Notes: generated by a model not told the origin, from the letters alone. DNA of 32,000 nt from Geotalea daltonii FRC-32 (GCF_000022265.1 NC_011979.1:2790001-2822000); one strand, 5' to 3'; numbered from the stretch's first letter, positions 23,289 to 31,073 are shown. Made by a program: numbers and translations.

Positions 23289-26200
23289 ATGATCGAAAAA
23301 ATTATCGAATATTCCGCCCGTAACCGGGTCATCATCCTGATGATCTTCGGCCTGATCATTGCCTGGGGTGTCTGGTCGGTCTACAAGACCCCAGTGGATG
23401 CCATCCCGGACTTGTCCGACAACCAGGTGATCGTCTTTACCGAGTATCCCGGCCGGTCACCCCAGGTGGTGGAAGACCAGGTCACCTATCCCTTGGCGGT
23501 AAACCTGCAGGGACTGCCCCAGGTGCGCGCCGTGCGTGCCTCTTCGGCCTTCGGCTTCTCCATGATTTATGTCATCTTCGAGGACAAGGCGGACATCTAT
23601 TGGGCGAGGACTCGCGTTCTCGAACGGCTGAACTATGCCGCATCGCTGCTGCCGCCGGGGGTGGTGCCGACCTTGGGCCCTGACGGCACCGGTGTCGGCC
23701 ATGTCTTCTGGTACACCATCGAGGGGAAAGGCTATGACCTGGCGCAGCTCAGGACCCTGCAGGACTGGTTTGTCCGCTACCAGCTGAACACTGTCCAGGG
23801 GGTGGCCGAGGTTGCTTCCATCGGGGGCCTGGTGCGCGAATACCAGATCGACCTGGACCCCAACAAGCTCTTTGCCTACGGATTGCCGGTGGGCAAGGTC
23901 ATGGAGGCGGTCAAGGCCTCCAATAAGGACGTGGGGGGCAAACTCATCGAGCAGGCCGATGCCGAATATCTCATCCGTGGCCGGGGCTATGTGCAGTCCA
24001 AGGCGGACCTGGAGAACATTGTCGTCGGCGCCGACATGCGCGGAACCCCAATCTATGTGAAAAACCTGGGCACAGTGCAGATGGGGGGCGCCATACGCCG
24101 GGGCATGCTCGATATGAACGGCCAAGGCGAGGCGGTCGGCGGCATCGTCGTCATGCGCTACGGCGAGAATGCCAAGGATGTCATCGACCGGGTCAAGGTC
24201 AAGATCAAGGAGTTGGAGAAGGGGCTACCTCCCGGCGTGAAAATCATGGTCTCCTATGACCGTTCCGACCTGATCGCCCGGGCCATCGACACCCTCAAAC
24301 ACTCATTACTGGAAGAGTCCATCGTCGTTTCCCTGGTCATTCTCATCTTCCTGCTGCACTTCCAGAGCGCCCTGGTCATTGTCCTGACCCTCCCCATCGC
24401 CGTGCTCATCTCCTTCATCACCATGAAACTGATGGGGGTCACCTCCAACATCATGTCCCTTGGGGGTATCGCCATCGCCATCGGGGTCCTGGTGGATGCC
24501 GGGGTCATCATGGTGGAAAACTGCTACCGCCACCTGTCGGAGATGCCGCCGGAAGAGCGGGCGGCAAAGCGGCTCGAAGTGATCATCACCAGTGCCAAAC
24601 AGGTCGGCCGGGCAATTTTCTTTTCCCTTGCCATCATCATCCTTTCCTTTGTGCCGGTCTTCCTCCTGGAAGGGCAGGAAGGAAAGATGTTCCACCCCCT
24701 GGCCTTCACCAAGACCTTCTCCATGATGGGCTCTGCCTTCATCGCCATCACCCTGGTGCCGGTACTGATGTATTTCTTCATGCGGGGCAAGATGCCACCA
24801 GAGAGCAGCAACCCGGTCTCCACTTTCTTTATCAGGCTCTATTCGCCGGTCATTCGCTGGGTTCTGGTGTGGAAAAAGACCACCATTGCCTTGAACGTCG
24901 TGGCCCTGCTGATTGCCATACCCATGTTCATGAATCTCGGCTCCGAATTCATGCCCCCCCTTGATGAGGGATCGCTCCTCTACATGCCGGTCACCCTGCC
25001 CAACGTCTCCATCACCGAGGCGAAGCGCCTGATCCTGGTGCAGGACACCATCATAAAAAGTGTCCCCGAGGTGGAGCATGTGCTTGGCAAGGTAGGGCGT
25101 GCCGAGACCTCCACCGACCCGGCGCCGGTCTCCATGTTCGAGAGCATCATCATTCTCAAGCCCAAGGACCAGTGGCGGCCGGGAATCAAGAAGGCTGATA
25201 TCGTTGCCGAACTGGATGCCAAACTGCAGATTCCCGGCGTGCGCAACGGCTGGACCCAGCCGATCATCAACCGCATCAACATGCTCTCCACCGGGGTGCG
25301 GACCGACCTGGGGGTAAAGATCTTCGGCAATGACCTGAATGTGCTGAAAGATCTGGCGGTACAGGCGGAGGCGATCCTCAAACCCATTCCCGGTGCTGCT
25401 GATGTTGTTGCAGAGCGGGTTACCGGCGGCAATTACATCGACATCGACATCGACCGTGAGGCAGCCGCCCGCTACGGGGTCAAGGTCGGGGATATTCAGG
25501 ATGTCATCGAAACATCCCTTGGTGGCGAGATGCTCTCAACCACCGTAGAAGGGCGCAACCGTTTCCCGATCCGCATCCGCTACCTGCGCGACTACCGGGA
25601 CAGCATCCCCGCCATCCGCCGTATCCTGGTTTCAGGTATGGAAGGCGCCCAGGTGCCGCTGTCCCTGGTTACGAAGCTCAAGATCTCCACCGGAGCCCCC
25701 GAGATCAACAGCGAAGGAGGGCTATTACGTTCGCTGGTCTTTCTTAACGTCCGCGGCCGGGACATGGGGGGCTTCGTCACCGAGGCCAAGGAAGTGCTGG
25801 AAAAGCAGCTGAAGCTGCCTCCCGGATACTACGTGGCCTGGTCCGGCCAGTGGGAAAACCAGATTCGAGCCAAGGCCCGCCTGCAGATGCTGGTGCCGGC
25901 CGGAATCCTGATCATCTTCATCCTCCTCTACTTCACCTTCCATTCGGCACTGGAGGCGAGCATGGTCATGCTTTCGGTTCCTTTCGCCCTGATAGGGGGA
26001 GTCTATCTGGTATCGGCGTTAGGATATAACATGTCGGTGGCGGTCTGGGTCGGCTTCATCGCCCTCTACGGCATTGCCGTGGAGACCGGGGTGGTGATGG
26101 TCATTTACCTCCATGAGGCCTTGGACAAGAAGCTGATCAATGGCCCCTGCACCGAGCAGGATATCTATGATGCAACCTTCGAGGGGGCGGTTCTGCGACT

Positions 26201-26426
26201 GCGGCCGAAGCTGATGACCGTTGCCGTCGCCCTCCTGGGTTTGGTGCCGATCATGTGGTCATCGGGCACCGGCGCCGACGTGATGAAACCGATTGCAGCA
26301 CCGATGATCGGCGGGATGATTTCTTCGGCGATTCATGTGTTGATTATGACGCCGGTTATCTTTGTCCTGATGAAGAAGCATGACCTGAAAAAAGGGAAAC
26401 TCAAATACTCCGGCATGAAGCACTAA
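23289..26426 (+). CDS. cusA: Heavy-metal efflux RND pump, CusA type (monovalent Cu/Ag signature)
   Basis: Start at ATG 23289 (MIEKIIEYSARNR). TM4 reads GGIAIAIGVLVDAGVIMVEN, the A...D...E type of CusA rather than the D...D...E type of CzcA. Met residues sit in contexts matching my recollection of the CusA Met triad (LLYMPVTLP, APVSMFES, INRINMLSTG). Confidence 0.85.
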   Translation: MIEKIIEYSARNRVIILMIFGLIIAWGVWSVYKTPVDAIPDLSDNQVIVFTEYPGRSPQVVEDQVTYPLAVNLQGLPQVRAVRASSAFGFSMIYVIFEDKADIYWARTRVLERLNYAASLLPPGVVPTLGPDGTGVGHVFWYTIEGKGYDLAQLRTLQDWFVRYQLNTVQGVAEVASIGGLVREYQIDLDPNKLFAYGLPVGKVMEAVKASNKDVGGKLIEQADAEYLIRGRGYVQSKADLENIVVGADMRGTPIYVKNLGTVQMGGAIRRGMLDMNGQGEAVGGIVVMRYGENAKDVIDRVKVKIKELEKGLPPGVKIMVSYDRSDLIARAIDTLKHSLLEESIVVSLVILIFLLHFQSALVIVLTLPIAVLISFITMKLMGVTSNIMSLGGIAIAIGVLVDAGVIMVENCYRHLSEMPPEERAAKRLEVIITSAKQVGRAIFFSLAIIILSFVPVFLLEGQEGKMFHPLAFTKTFSMMGSAFIAITLVPVLMYFFMRGKMPPESSNPVSTFFIRLYSPVIRWVLVWKKTTIALNVVALLIAIPMFMNLGSEFMPPLDEGSLLYMPVTLPNVSITEAKRLILVQDTIIKSVPEVEHVLGKVGRAETSTDPAPVSMFESIIILKPKDQWRPGIKKADIVAELDAKLQIPGVRNGWTQPIINRINMLSTGVRTDLGVKIFGNDLNVLKDLAVQAEAILKPIPGAADVVAERVTGGNYIDIDIDREAAARYGVKVGDIQDVIETSLGGEMLSTTVEGRNRFPIRIRYLRDYRDSIPAIRRILVSGMEGAQVPLSLVTKLKISTGAPEINSEGGLLRSLVFLNVRGRDMGGFVTEAKEVLEKQLKLPPGYYVAWSGQWENQIRAKARLQMLVPAGILIIFILLYFTFHSALEASMVMLSVPFALIGGVYLVSALGYNMSVAVWVGFIALYGIAVETGVVMVIYLHEALDKKLINGPCTEQDIYDATFEGAVLRLRPKLMTVAVALLGLVPIMWSSGTGADVMKPIAAPMIGGMISSAIHVLIMTPVIFVLMKKHDLKKGKLKYSGMKH

Positions 26427-26445
26427 TAAGGGGAGGGAATTCCGG

Positions 26446-26607
26446 ATGAAGAAGAAATTATCGTTTGTTTTGTTATTAGCGGGCCTATGGATGCTGCAAG
26501 CCTGCGCTGTATTTGATGGTACTACCGGCAGCTCTGATCGGAGTTATTACGGCAATGGAAATTACGGCAATGGGAGTTATGGTAGAGGTGGTCATTCTGG
26601 CCATTGA
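26446..26607 (+). CDS. Small lipoprotein, Gly/Tyr/Asn-rich with His-containing C-terminus (below the ORF-track size cut-off)
   Basis: MKKKLSFVLLLAGLWMLQAC|AVFDGTTGSSDRSYYGNGNYGNGSYGRGGHSGH*. Strong RBS AAGGGGAGGG, lipobox LQAC, 19 nt after the cusA stop. Confidence 0.6.
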   Translation: MKKKLSFVLLLAGLWMLQACAVFDGTTGSSDRSYYGNGNYGNGSYGRGGHSGH

Positions 26608-26620
26608 AACTCAATGATTA

Positions 26621-26804
26621 TATAGTTTCCATCCGGAAAGGGTGCTTTTCTGCCCTGGCGGCGTCAATCTGCGGGCTTACTTGTGCGACGTACCGATGTA
26701 CGTCTCCGCGCAAGCCCTTGATTTCCTTGCCAGAACAAAAAATCCCCTCTTTCCGAATCGGAAACCACTAGTTTCTCATCCGGAGTTTCCGGATGGAAAC
26801 TATA
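26621..26804. mobile_element. MITE copy B
   Basis: TATAGTTTCCATCCGGAAA (26621-26639) is the reverse complement of 26786-26804. The interior differs from copy A (9317-9504) at only about four positions. TA flanks the GTTTCC...GGAAAC core. Confidence 0.8.
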
Positions 26805-26809
26805 TAGTA

Positions 26810-26837
26810 GAATATCCTTCGCAAGTGTTGAATATTC
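26810..26837. promoter_or_regulatory. Putative enhancer (UAS): GAATATCC and GAATATTC 20 bp apart
   Basis: Boxes at 26810-26817 (7/8) and 26830-26837 (exact). They lie 57 nt upstream of the TGGCAT at 26895. The site begins 5 nt after the MITE end. Confidence 0.55.
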
Positions 26838-26894
26838 TCTATGACTATCTGCTTGTTCAAGTCTTAAACGGTTAAATACCGGGAACTTATCTGC

Positions 26895-26910
26895 TGGCAT
26901 GACAAATGCT
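26895..26910 (+). promoter_or_regulatory. Candidate sigma-54 promoter TGGCAT-N5-ATGCT
   Basis: TGGCATGACAAATGCT keeps GG-N10-GC, with two mismatches to consensus. It is about 50 nt upstream of the ATG at 26962. Confidence 0.6.
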
Positions 26911-26961
26911 CTACATGGAACATCTTTACAAAATACTCTCAGTTAAAGGAGAAACCGTAAC

Positions 26962-27432
26962 ATGAAGAAAATGACGGTACTGATCGCAGCGCTTTTTGCT
27001 TTAACAGCTCCCATTGCATCCTTTGCTGCCATGAATCATGGAGGTGGTCATGATATGGGTCATGGTGGACGTCAGGGCGATGTTGCCCATGAAGAGGTAG
27101 TAGATGGTGTCAAGGCGACCTTTAAGGTCATGAGCATGAAAGAGCACATGAAAGCCATGAAGATGGAAATGCCTAAAGAGATGAAAGAGACTCATCATAT
27201 TGCTGTCGAGTTCAAAGACGCCAAAACCGGCAAAGCCTTGACTGAGGGTGATGTTAAGGTCAAGGTTCAGGGCCCCGATAAAGCAGAGCAGACAAAGGAT
27301 TTAATGGGAATGCAAGGACACTTTGGCGCCGACTTCGAATTAGCCAAAAAAGGGAAGTACGGTATAATGTCCAAATTCAAGTTGAAGGACGGAAAGGTTC
27401 GCAGCTCCAAGTTTTGGTACACCGTGAAGTAG
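26962..27432 (+). CDS. Secreted His/Met-rich protein (putative periplasmic Cu/Ag-binding, beta-sandwich-like)
   Basis: Signal MKKMTVLIAALFALTAPIASFA. Then MNHGGGHDMGHGG and MSMKEHMKAMKMEMPKEMKETHH, and a beta-rich C-terminal half. Confidence 0.6.
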   Translation: MKKMTVLIAALFALTAPIASFAAMNHGGGHDMGHGGRQGDVAHEEVVDGVKATFKVMSMKEHMKAMKMEMPKEMKETHHIAVEFKDAKTGKALTEGDVKVKVQGPDKAEQTKDLMGMQGHFGADFELAKKGKYGIMSKFKLKDGKVRSSKFWYTVK

Positions 27433-27453
27433 GGCTTCCAATGTTGTGTTTTA

Positions 27454-27476
27454 CGGAGAGTTGCCTCTCCGATTTT
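27454..27476 (+). terminator. Hairpin plus T-tract (possible partial terminator/attenuator within operon)
   Basis: CGGAGAG-ttgc-CTCTCCG followed by ATTTTCC. It sits between the 26962 gene and the next RBS. Confidence 0.4.
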
Positions 27477-27495
27477 CCTGAAGGAGGACATGTTT

Positions 27496-27765
27496 ATGAA
27501 AAAATGGGCTGTAATCGTGATGGCAGTTGGGCTGTTCGGTGCGATGCCGGTTTTGGCTGCCGAGCATGGCAACATGAAGATGGACACAAAAGAGGGTGTA
27601 AGGCAGTGCGCCCTTCAGGCCGAGTCTATCCAGCAGAAAATTAAACGACTCCAGAGTGAGGTTAAAAAAGGCAACAAGAACTATAGCGCCGAAGAGCTGA
27701 AGAATCTGGAAGACAAGCTGAAAGAGGCGAACAAACTTCTCGAAGACATAACCAAAGGGAATTAA
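27496..27765 (+). CDS. Secreted small coiled-coil protein
   Basis: Start at ATG 27496, 8 nt after AGGAGG. Signal MKKWAVIVMAVGLFGAMPVLA, then HGNMKMD and a heptad-like K/E-rich helix. Confidence 0.55.
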   Translation: MKKWAVIVMAVGLFGAMPVLAAEHGNMKMDTKEGVRQCALQAESIQQKIKRLQSEVKKGNKNYSAEELKNLEDKLKEANKLLEDITKGN

Positions 27766-27812
27766 CAGGTAACAAAAAGTTTACTCCACACAGTAAGAAT
27801 TTGAAAAACGGA

Positions 27813-27847
27813 GGGGGTGGTTTGCTATAAACCACCCCCCATTATTT
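27813..27847 (+). terminator. Intrinsic terminator-like hairpin
   Basis: 11-bp perfect stem GGGGGTGGTTT / AAACCACCCCC with a 5-nt loop, followed by cATTATTT (weak T tract). Confidence 0.55.
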
Positions 27848-27860
27848 CCGGGTTCCATTG

Positions 27861-28685
27861 ATGAAAATCACTCATGCCATAGTTATTCTGATTTTAGCAC
27901 TGTCTGCGAACGCGGGTTGCAAACAGCAAGAAAATTCATCCGAGCCAGGAAAAGTCACTACCACATCTGCCTACGAAAAAGCTTTCGGCCCTGCTCCCCC
28001 AGTGGACAAAGGAACTGCGTTCGCGTTTGTCATCTATTTCCCCTTGGCCAAAGAACCATCAAAGGTCGTACCGTTTCCTTTCTTCACCTTCGATGAAGCA
28101 AGCATGAAAAAGATTGCCATAGAGCGGCTCTTGAGCGGCATGGATACAGGCAGCTACCAGGGCGAGTTTATGACCTCGCCACCGGGAACCCGAATCGTTT
28201 CCATAACCGATGATAAGGGTGCCGTAACGGTAACTCTCAGTAAGGTTCCTGAAAGCCTTCCTCTTGCCATTGCTCTGACTCTTCAGCAATTCAAGGGAGT
28301 TTCCACTGTCCATATTCTGGAAGACGGGAGCCAAAACCCTCTCAAGGTGGTAGCAGACGAAACTGCAATCAGGCCACCGGGGCCTCCCAGACTTCTCAGT
28401 GTGGTGGCCCTCAGGGATAAAGGAGCAAAAGAGATCGAAGAAGTCGATGCCTATTTCGACCGTCCTGTGGAGGTTGAAGAGCTGAAGCTGATGTCCGGGG
28501 ATGGCGAACAACTCCCCGGTGATCTTTACCACTCGGTATTCGACATGGCCGGCGTCCTTAAACCCAAGGATCGGGCGCAGTTGAAGGAGCAGATGCCGGT
28601 CCACGTGCGCTGGAAGGTAGTGGACAAGCTGGGCAGGCAGGCGCAAGGGGATAAGGTCTGGCAGCTGGAAGTGAAGGAACATTAA
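27861..28685 (+). CDS. Lipoprotein with GerMN-like domain(s)
   Basis: Lipobox LSANAGC. The segment IERLLSGMDTGSYQGEFMTSPPGTRIVSITDDKGAVTVTLS resembles the GerMN (Germane) pattern. 274 aa. Confidence 0.5.
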   Translation: MKITHAIVILILALSANAGCKQQENSSEPGKVTTTSAYEKAFGPAPPVDKGTAFAFVIYFPLAKEPSKVVPFPFFTFDEASMKKIAIERLLSGMDTGSYQGEFMTSPPGTRIVSITDDKGAVTVTLSKVPESLPLAIALTLQQFKGVSTVHILEDGSQNPLKVVADETAIRPPGPPRLLSVVALRDKGAKEIEEVDAYFDRPVEVEELKLMSGDGEQLPGDLYHSVFDMAGVLKPKDRAQLKEQMPVHVRWKVVDKLGRQAQGDKVWQLEVKEH

Positions 28686-28699
28686 AAAATGGAGGGTAT

Positions 28700-29128
28700 A
28701 TGAGAAGCACCATCAGTCTTATCTGCATTTTTTCTGCGTTAGCAGTTAACGGAGCCACTTTCGCTCATGGTACGGAACAGCATGGCAAGGCGGCGAAGAA
28801 TACCCACCAGATGAAGAAGCTGCATGCAATGATGCCGATGCTTTCCACTGCTTCAGCCAGACTGGAAAAAGCATTGGATGAAGGCGACACAGCTGCCGCT
28901 GAGGCAGCAACACGGCAAATTCTATTAGCGATTCCGGATCTGAAAAAATCCACTCCCCACAGGAATATCAAACAGAAGAAACAGTATGTTGTGCTGGCAG
29001 GAGATCTTGAACAGGCTGTAAGCTCGACGCTTGATCTGGCAAAAAAGAGAGATCAAGCCGGTGCAAAAGCAGCCTTCAGGAAGGCAAAGGAGGCATGTGC
29101 AGCATGCCATGAAAAATTTCGTGATTGA
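28700..29128 (+). CDS. Class II c-type cytochrome (cytochrome c'/c556-like four-helix bundle)
   Basis: Signal peptide. The protein is predominantly helical, with a single CxxCH (CAACHEKFRD) a few residues from the C-terminus. That placement is the hallmark of cytochrome c'-type proteins. Confidence 0.65.
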   Translation: MRSTISLICIFSALAVNGATFAHGTEQHGKAAKNTHQMKKLHAMMPMLSTASARLEKALDEGDTAAAEAATRQILLAIPDLKKSTPHRNIKQKKQYVVLAGDLEQAVSSTLDLAKKRDQAGAKAAFRKAKEACAACHEKFRD

Positions 29129-29159
29129 TAGGCATAATATCGATGAAAGGAGATAGGTC

Positions 29160-29798
29160 ATGGTAAATGAAACCACTTTAGGCGAAAAGATTACGAGCCG
29201 CCTTCAACAGCATAAGCGTGACCTTGCTAAACAACAACAGCAGTTGGACAGCAGAATGAAAGACCTGCTTGAAGAGCGTGAGCAGCTGGCTTCGGTTGGC
29301 AAGGTATGGATTGAAAAGGTAATTCTTCCACGCCTGAAGGAACTGGAAAAATACTTCGACAACGGTAAAGTGGAAATCATGAACCTTGATTCGAATCTGA
29401 GCTGTGCCTGTGAATTTGCCCATACAACGAGATTTCCTGCCACTGTCAGGCTTAATATCTCCTTGTTGCCTGGTAACGGATACCTGACGGCGCGCTATGA
29501 CCTGACTATTCTTCCTGTACTGATGGAGTACACACTCACTGTGGAAGAAAAATTTTCCATTGAAAGCGACGAAGAAGCACTGGCCATCTGGGTAGAAGAC
29601 CGTATAGTAGATTTCATAGATACATATCTGCGCCTGGAAACGCATCCGCTCTACCAGAAAGACAATACGGTGGTCGATATTGTCTGTGGAATGCGCATCC
29701 CTTCAATCTCGGCAACCAGTAAAGTAGAACGTGATGGCAGAATATTTTATTTTTGTTCTGAGCACTGCAGGGAGGCTTTTATCAAGCAGAATAATTAG
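29160..29798 (+). CDS. Cytoplasmic protein with unknown N-terminal domain and C-terminal YHS/TRASH-type metal-binding domain
   Basis: No signal peptide. An N-terminal coiled coil is followed by about 120 aa of unknown sequence. The C-terminus DIVCGMRI ... GRIFYFCSEHCREAF fits the YHS pattern (CGM ... YFCS..C...F). Confidence 0.6.
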   Translation: MVNETTLGEKITSRLQQHKRDLAKQQQQLDSRMKDLLEEREQLASVGKVWIEKVILPRLKELEKYFDNGKVEIMNLDSNLSCACEFAHTTRFPATVRLNISLLPGNGYLTARYDLTILPVLMEYTLTVEEKFSIESDEEALAIWVEDRIVDFIDTYLRLETHPLYQKDNTVVDIVCGMRIPSISATSKVERDGRIFYFCSEHCREAFIKQNN

Positions 29799-30068
29799 CG
29801 ACGGTTTTAAAGATTTATTGTAATTGATTTATGGCATAAATTGTAATACCACACTCTCTGTTTGCTCCAGACAATTATTCAACTCTTTCCTCATTCAGAT
29901 TTTAATTAACCTACCCCCCATTATCGTTCAGTTCATCTGCCCTCAAATAGAGAATATCCTCCAATCGCAGATAATAAATGGAGACTATTCTATAAATTTA
30001 ATCACCATTATCATTTTCTTGTTCTACAATCAAACCTCATTCCAGGTAGTTACGTCCTTTCTGCTCTT

Positions 30069-30084
30069 TGGCACGCATGTTGAT
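30069..30084 (+). promoter_or_regulatory. Candidate sigma-54 promoter TGGCAC-N5-TTGAT
   Basis: TGGCACGCATGTTGAT has a perfect -24; the -12 reads GA instead of GC. It is 64 nt upstream of the first ZraP-like gene, inside a roughly 350-bp AT-rich spacer. Confidence 0.4.
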
Positions 30085-30147
30085 ATTGAATAGTTAACAA
30101 GTACAGGCTTACACCTGACATATTTCGACTCTAAAGGAGAGAGAAAA

Positions 30148-30462
30148 ATGAAAAGGAAAATTATTATAGGAATTGCTTTGGCAATGGGGATGGTGGCGGC
30201 AGCAATGCCGGCTTCGGCTGCAGGTTCATGCCGGGAAGAAGGAAAATGTGCCGATAAGCAGATATTTCAGCAGTTTACTCAGGAAACGTCTGGTTTGGTC
30301 AGTGCTTTAAAAGCGAAGGATCTGGAGCTTAGAGAGCAATATGCTTTCGATCGTATCGATGCAAGTACAGTAGGCGAACTTGAGGCGGAGCTTGATGAGC
30401 TAAAAGGCCAAATCAACACTGTAGGAGAGAAATTTGGAATCCCTCTCTGTTGCCGGAGTTAA
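30148..30462 (+). CDS. ZraP/Spy/CpxP-like periplasmic protein (heavy-metal-stress chaperone family), Cys-containing
   Basis: Signal ...AAMPASAA. FQQFTQETSGLVSALKAKDLELREQ ... VGELEAELDELKGQIN parallels the ZraP-type helical hairpin. There are extra Cys residues (GSCREEGKC, C-terminal PLCCRS). Confidence 0.55.
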   Translation: MKRKIIIGIALAMGMVAAAMPASAAGSCREEGKCADKQIFQQFTQETSGLVSALKAKDLELREQYAFDRIDASTVGELEAELDELKGQINTVGEKFGIPLCCRS

Positions 30463-30513
30463 TGCATTCCCGAACAAGATGCCATCACACAGCTGTACGA
30501 GAGGAGAGCGGCA

Positions 30514-30852
30514 ATGAAAAAGAAAATAGTTCCCATGATGATGTTGGGATTGAGTATGCTCTCAGTCGGAATCGCATCTGCATCAGGGCTCGATGCCGCA
30601 GGTCAGAAAGCTTGCGCCGAGAACCCGGCTTATCGACAATTTATGGAAGAGACTGCCGCCTTGAGAAATGCTTTGAAGGCAAAGGATGCCGAACTGAGGG
30701 AGCAGGAAGGCTATGCAGGCATCGAGCGTGGCTATGAAGGTATGGATTTGGAGAAGGTCGGTAAACTTCAGACAGAACGTAAAGCGCTCGAAGCCAGAAT
30801 AAATCTGGCAGCGCAAAAACATGGGATAAAACCAGCTGGCGGAAAAGAATAA
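30514..30852 (+). CDS. ZraP/Spy/CpxP-like periplasmic protein, second paralogue
   Basis: Signal ...VGIASASG. YRQFMEETAALRNALKAKDAELREQ ... VGKLQTERKALEARIN is clearly paralogous to the preceding ORF. Confidence 0.55.
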   Translation: MKKKIVPMMMLGLSMLSVGIASASGLDAAGQKACAENPAYRQFMEETAALRNALKAKDAELREQEGYAGIERGYEGMDLEKVGKLQTERKALEARINLAAQKHGIKPAGGKE

Positions 30853-30947
30853 ATGGGGGCAGGATAATTCGATACCAGCTGGAGAACCTTTACCAGCGGT
30901 GCCAAGCGGTTAAGGCAGGTTCTATAAGATTCCAAAACGTGTTATTG

Positions 30948-30991
30948 GGCGTACCCTTGAATCCCTCCTTCTTCGGGGTACGCCATTTTTT
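30948..30991. terminator. Intrinsic terminator between convergent genes
   Basis: 9-bp stem GGCGTACCC / GGGTACGCC with a 19-nt loop, followed by ATTTTTTAAAA. Confidence 0.6.
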
Positions 30992-31073
30992 AAAACCATA
31001 GGCTCGTGCCGGTGGCTGTGCCAGCGGTTGCTTTAATGCTTCTTTGCCGTCTGAAATAGAAAGGCTCTTTTAC

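Noticed and set aside
153-25079. Long antisense or overlapping ORFs inside high-GC genes (for example 153-902, 1522-2367, 5658-6470, 9523-10068, 21750-22670, 23457-24125, 24306-25079, and also 31044-31736).
   Set aside because: They are fully nested in, or antisense to, ORFs with clear family signatures. Their Arg/Gly/Pro/His-rich low-complexity composition is typical of off-frame translation of GC-rich coding DNA.
29824-30093. 89-aa ORF in the AT-rich spacer (MIYGINCNTTLSVCSRQLFNSFLIQILINL...).
   Set aside because: It has a non-ATG start, no RBS, low-complexity Ile/Leu/Phe/Asn content typical of translated AT-rich DNA, and it overlaps a candidate promoter. I treat it as non-coding.
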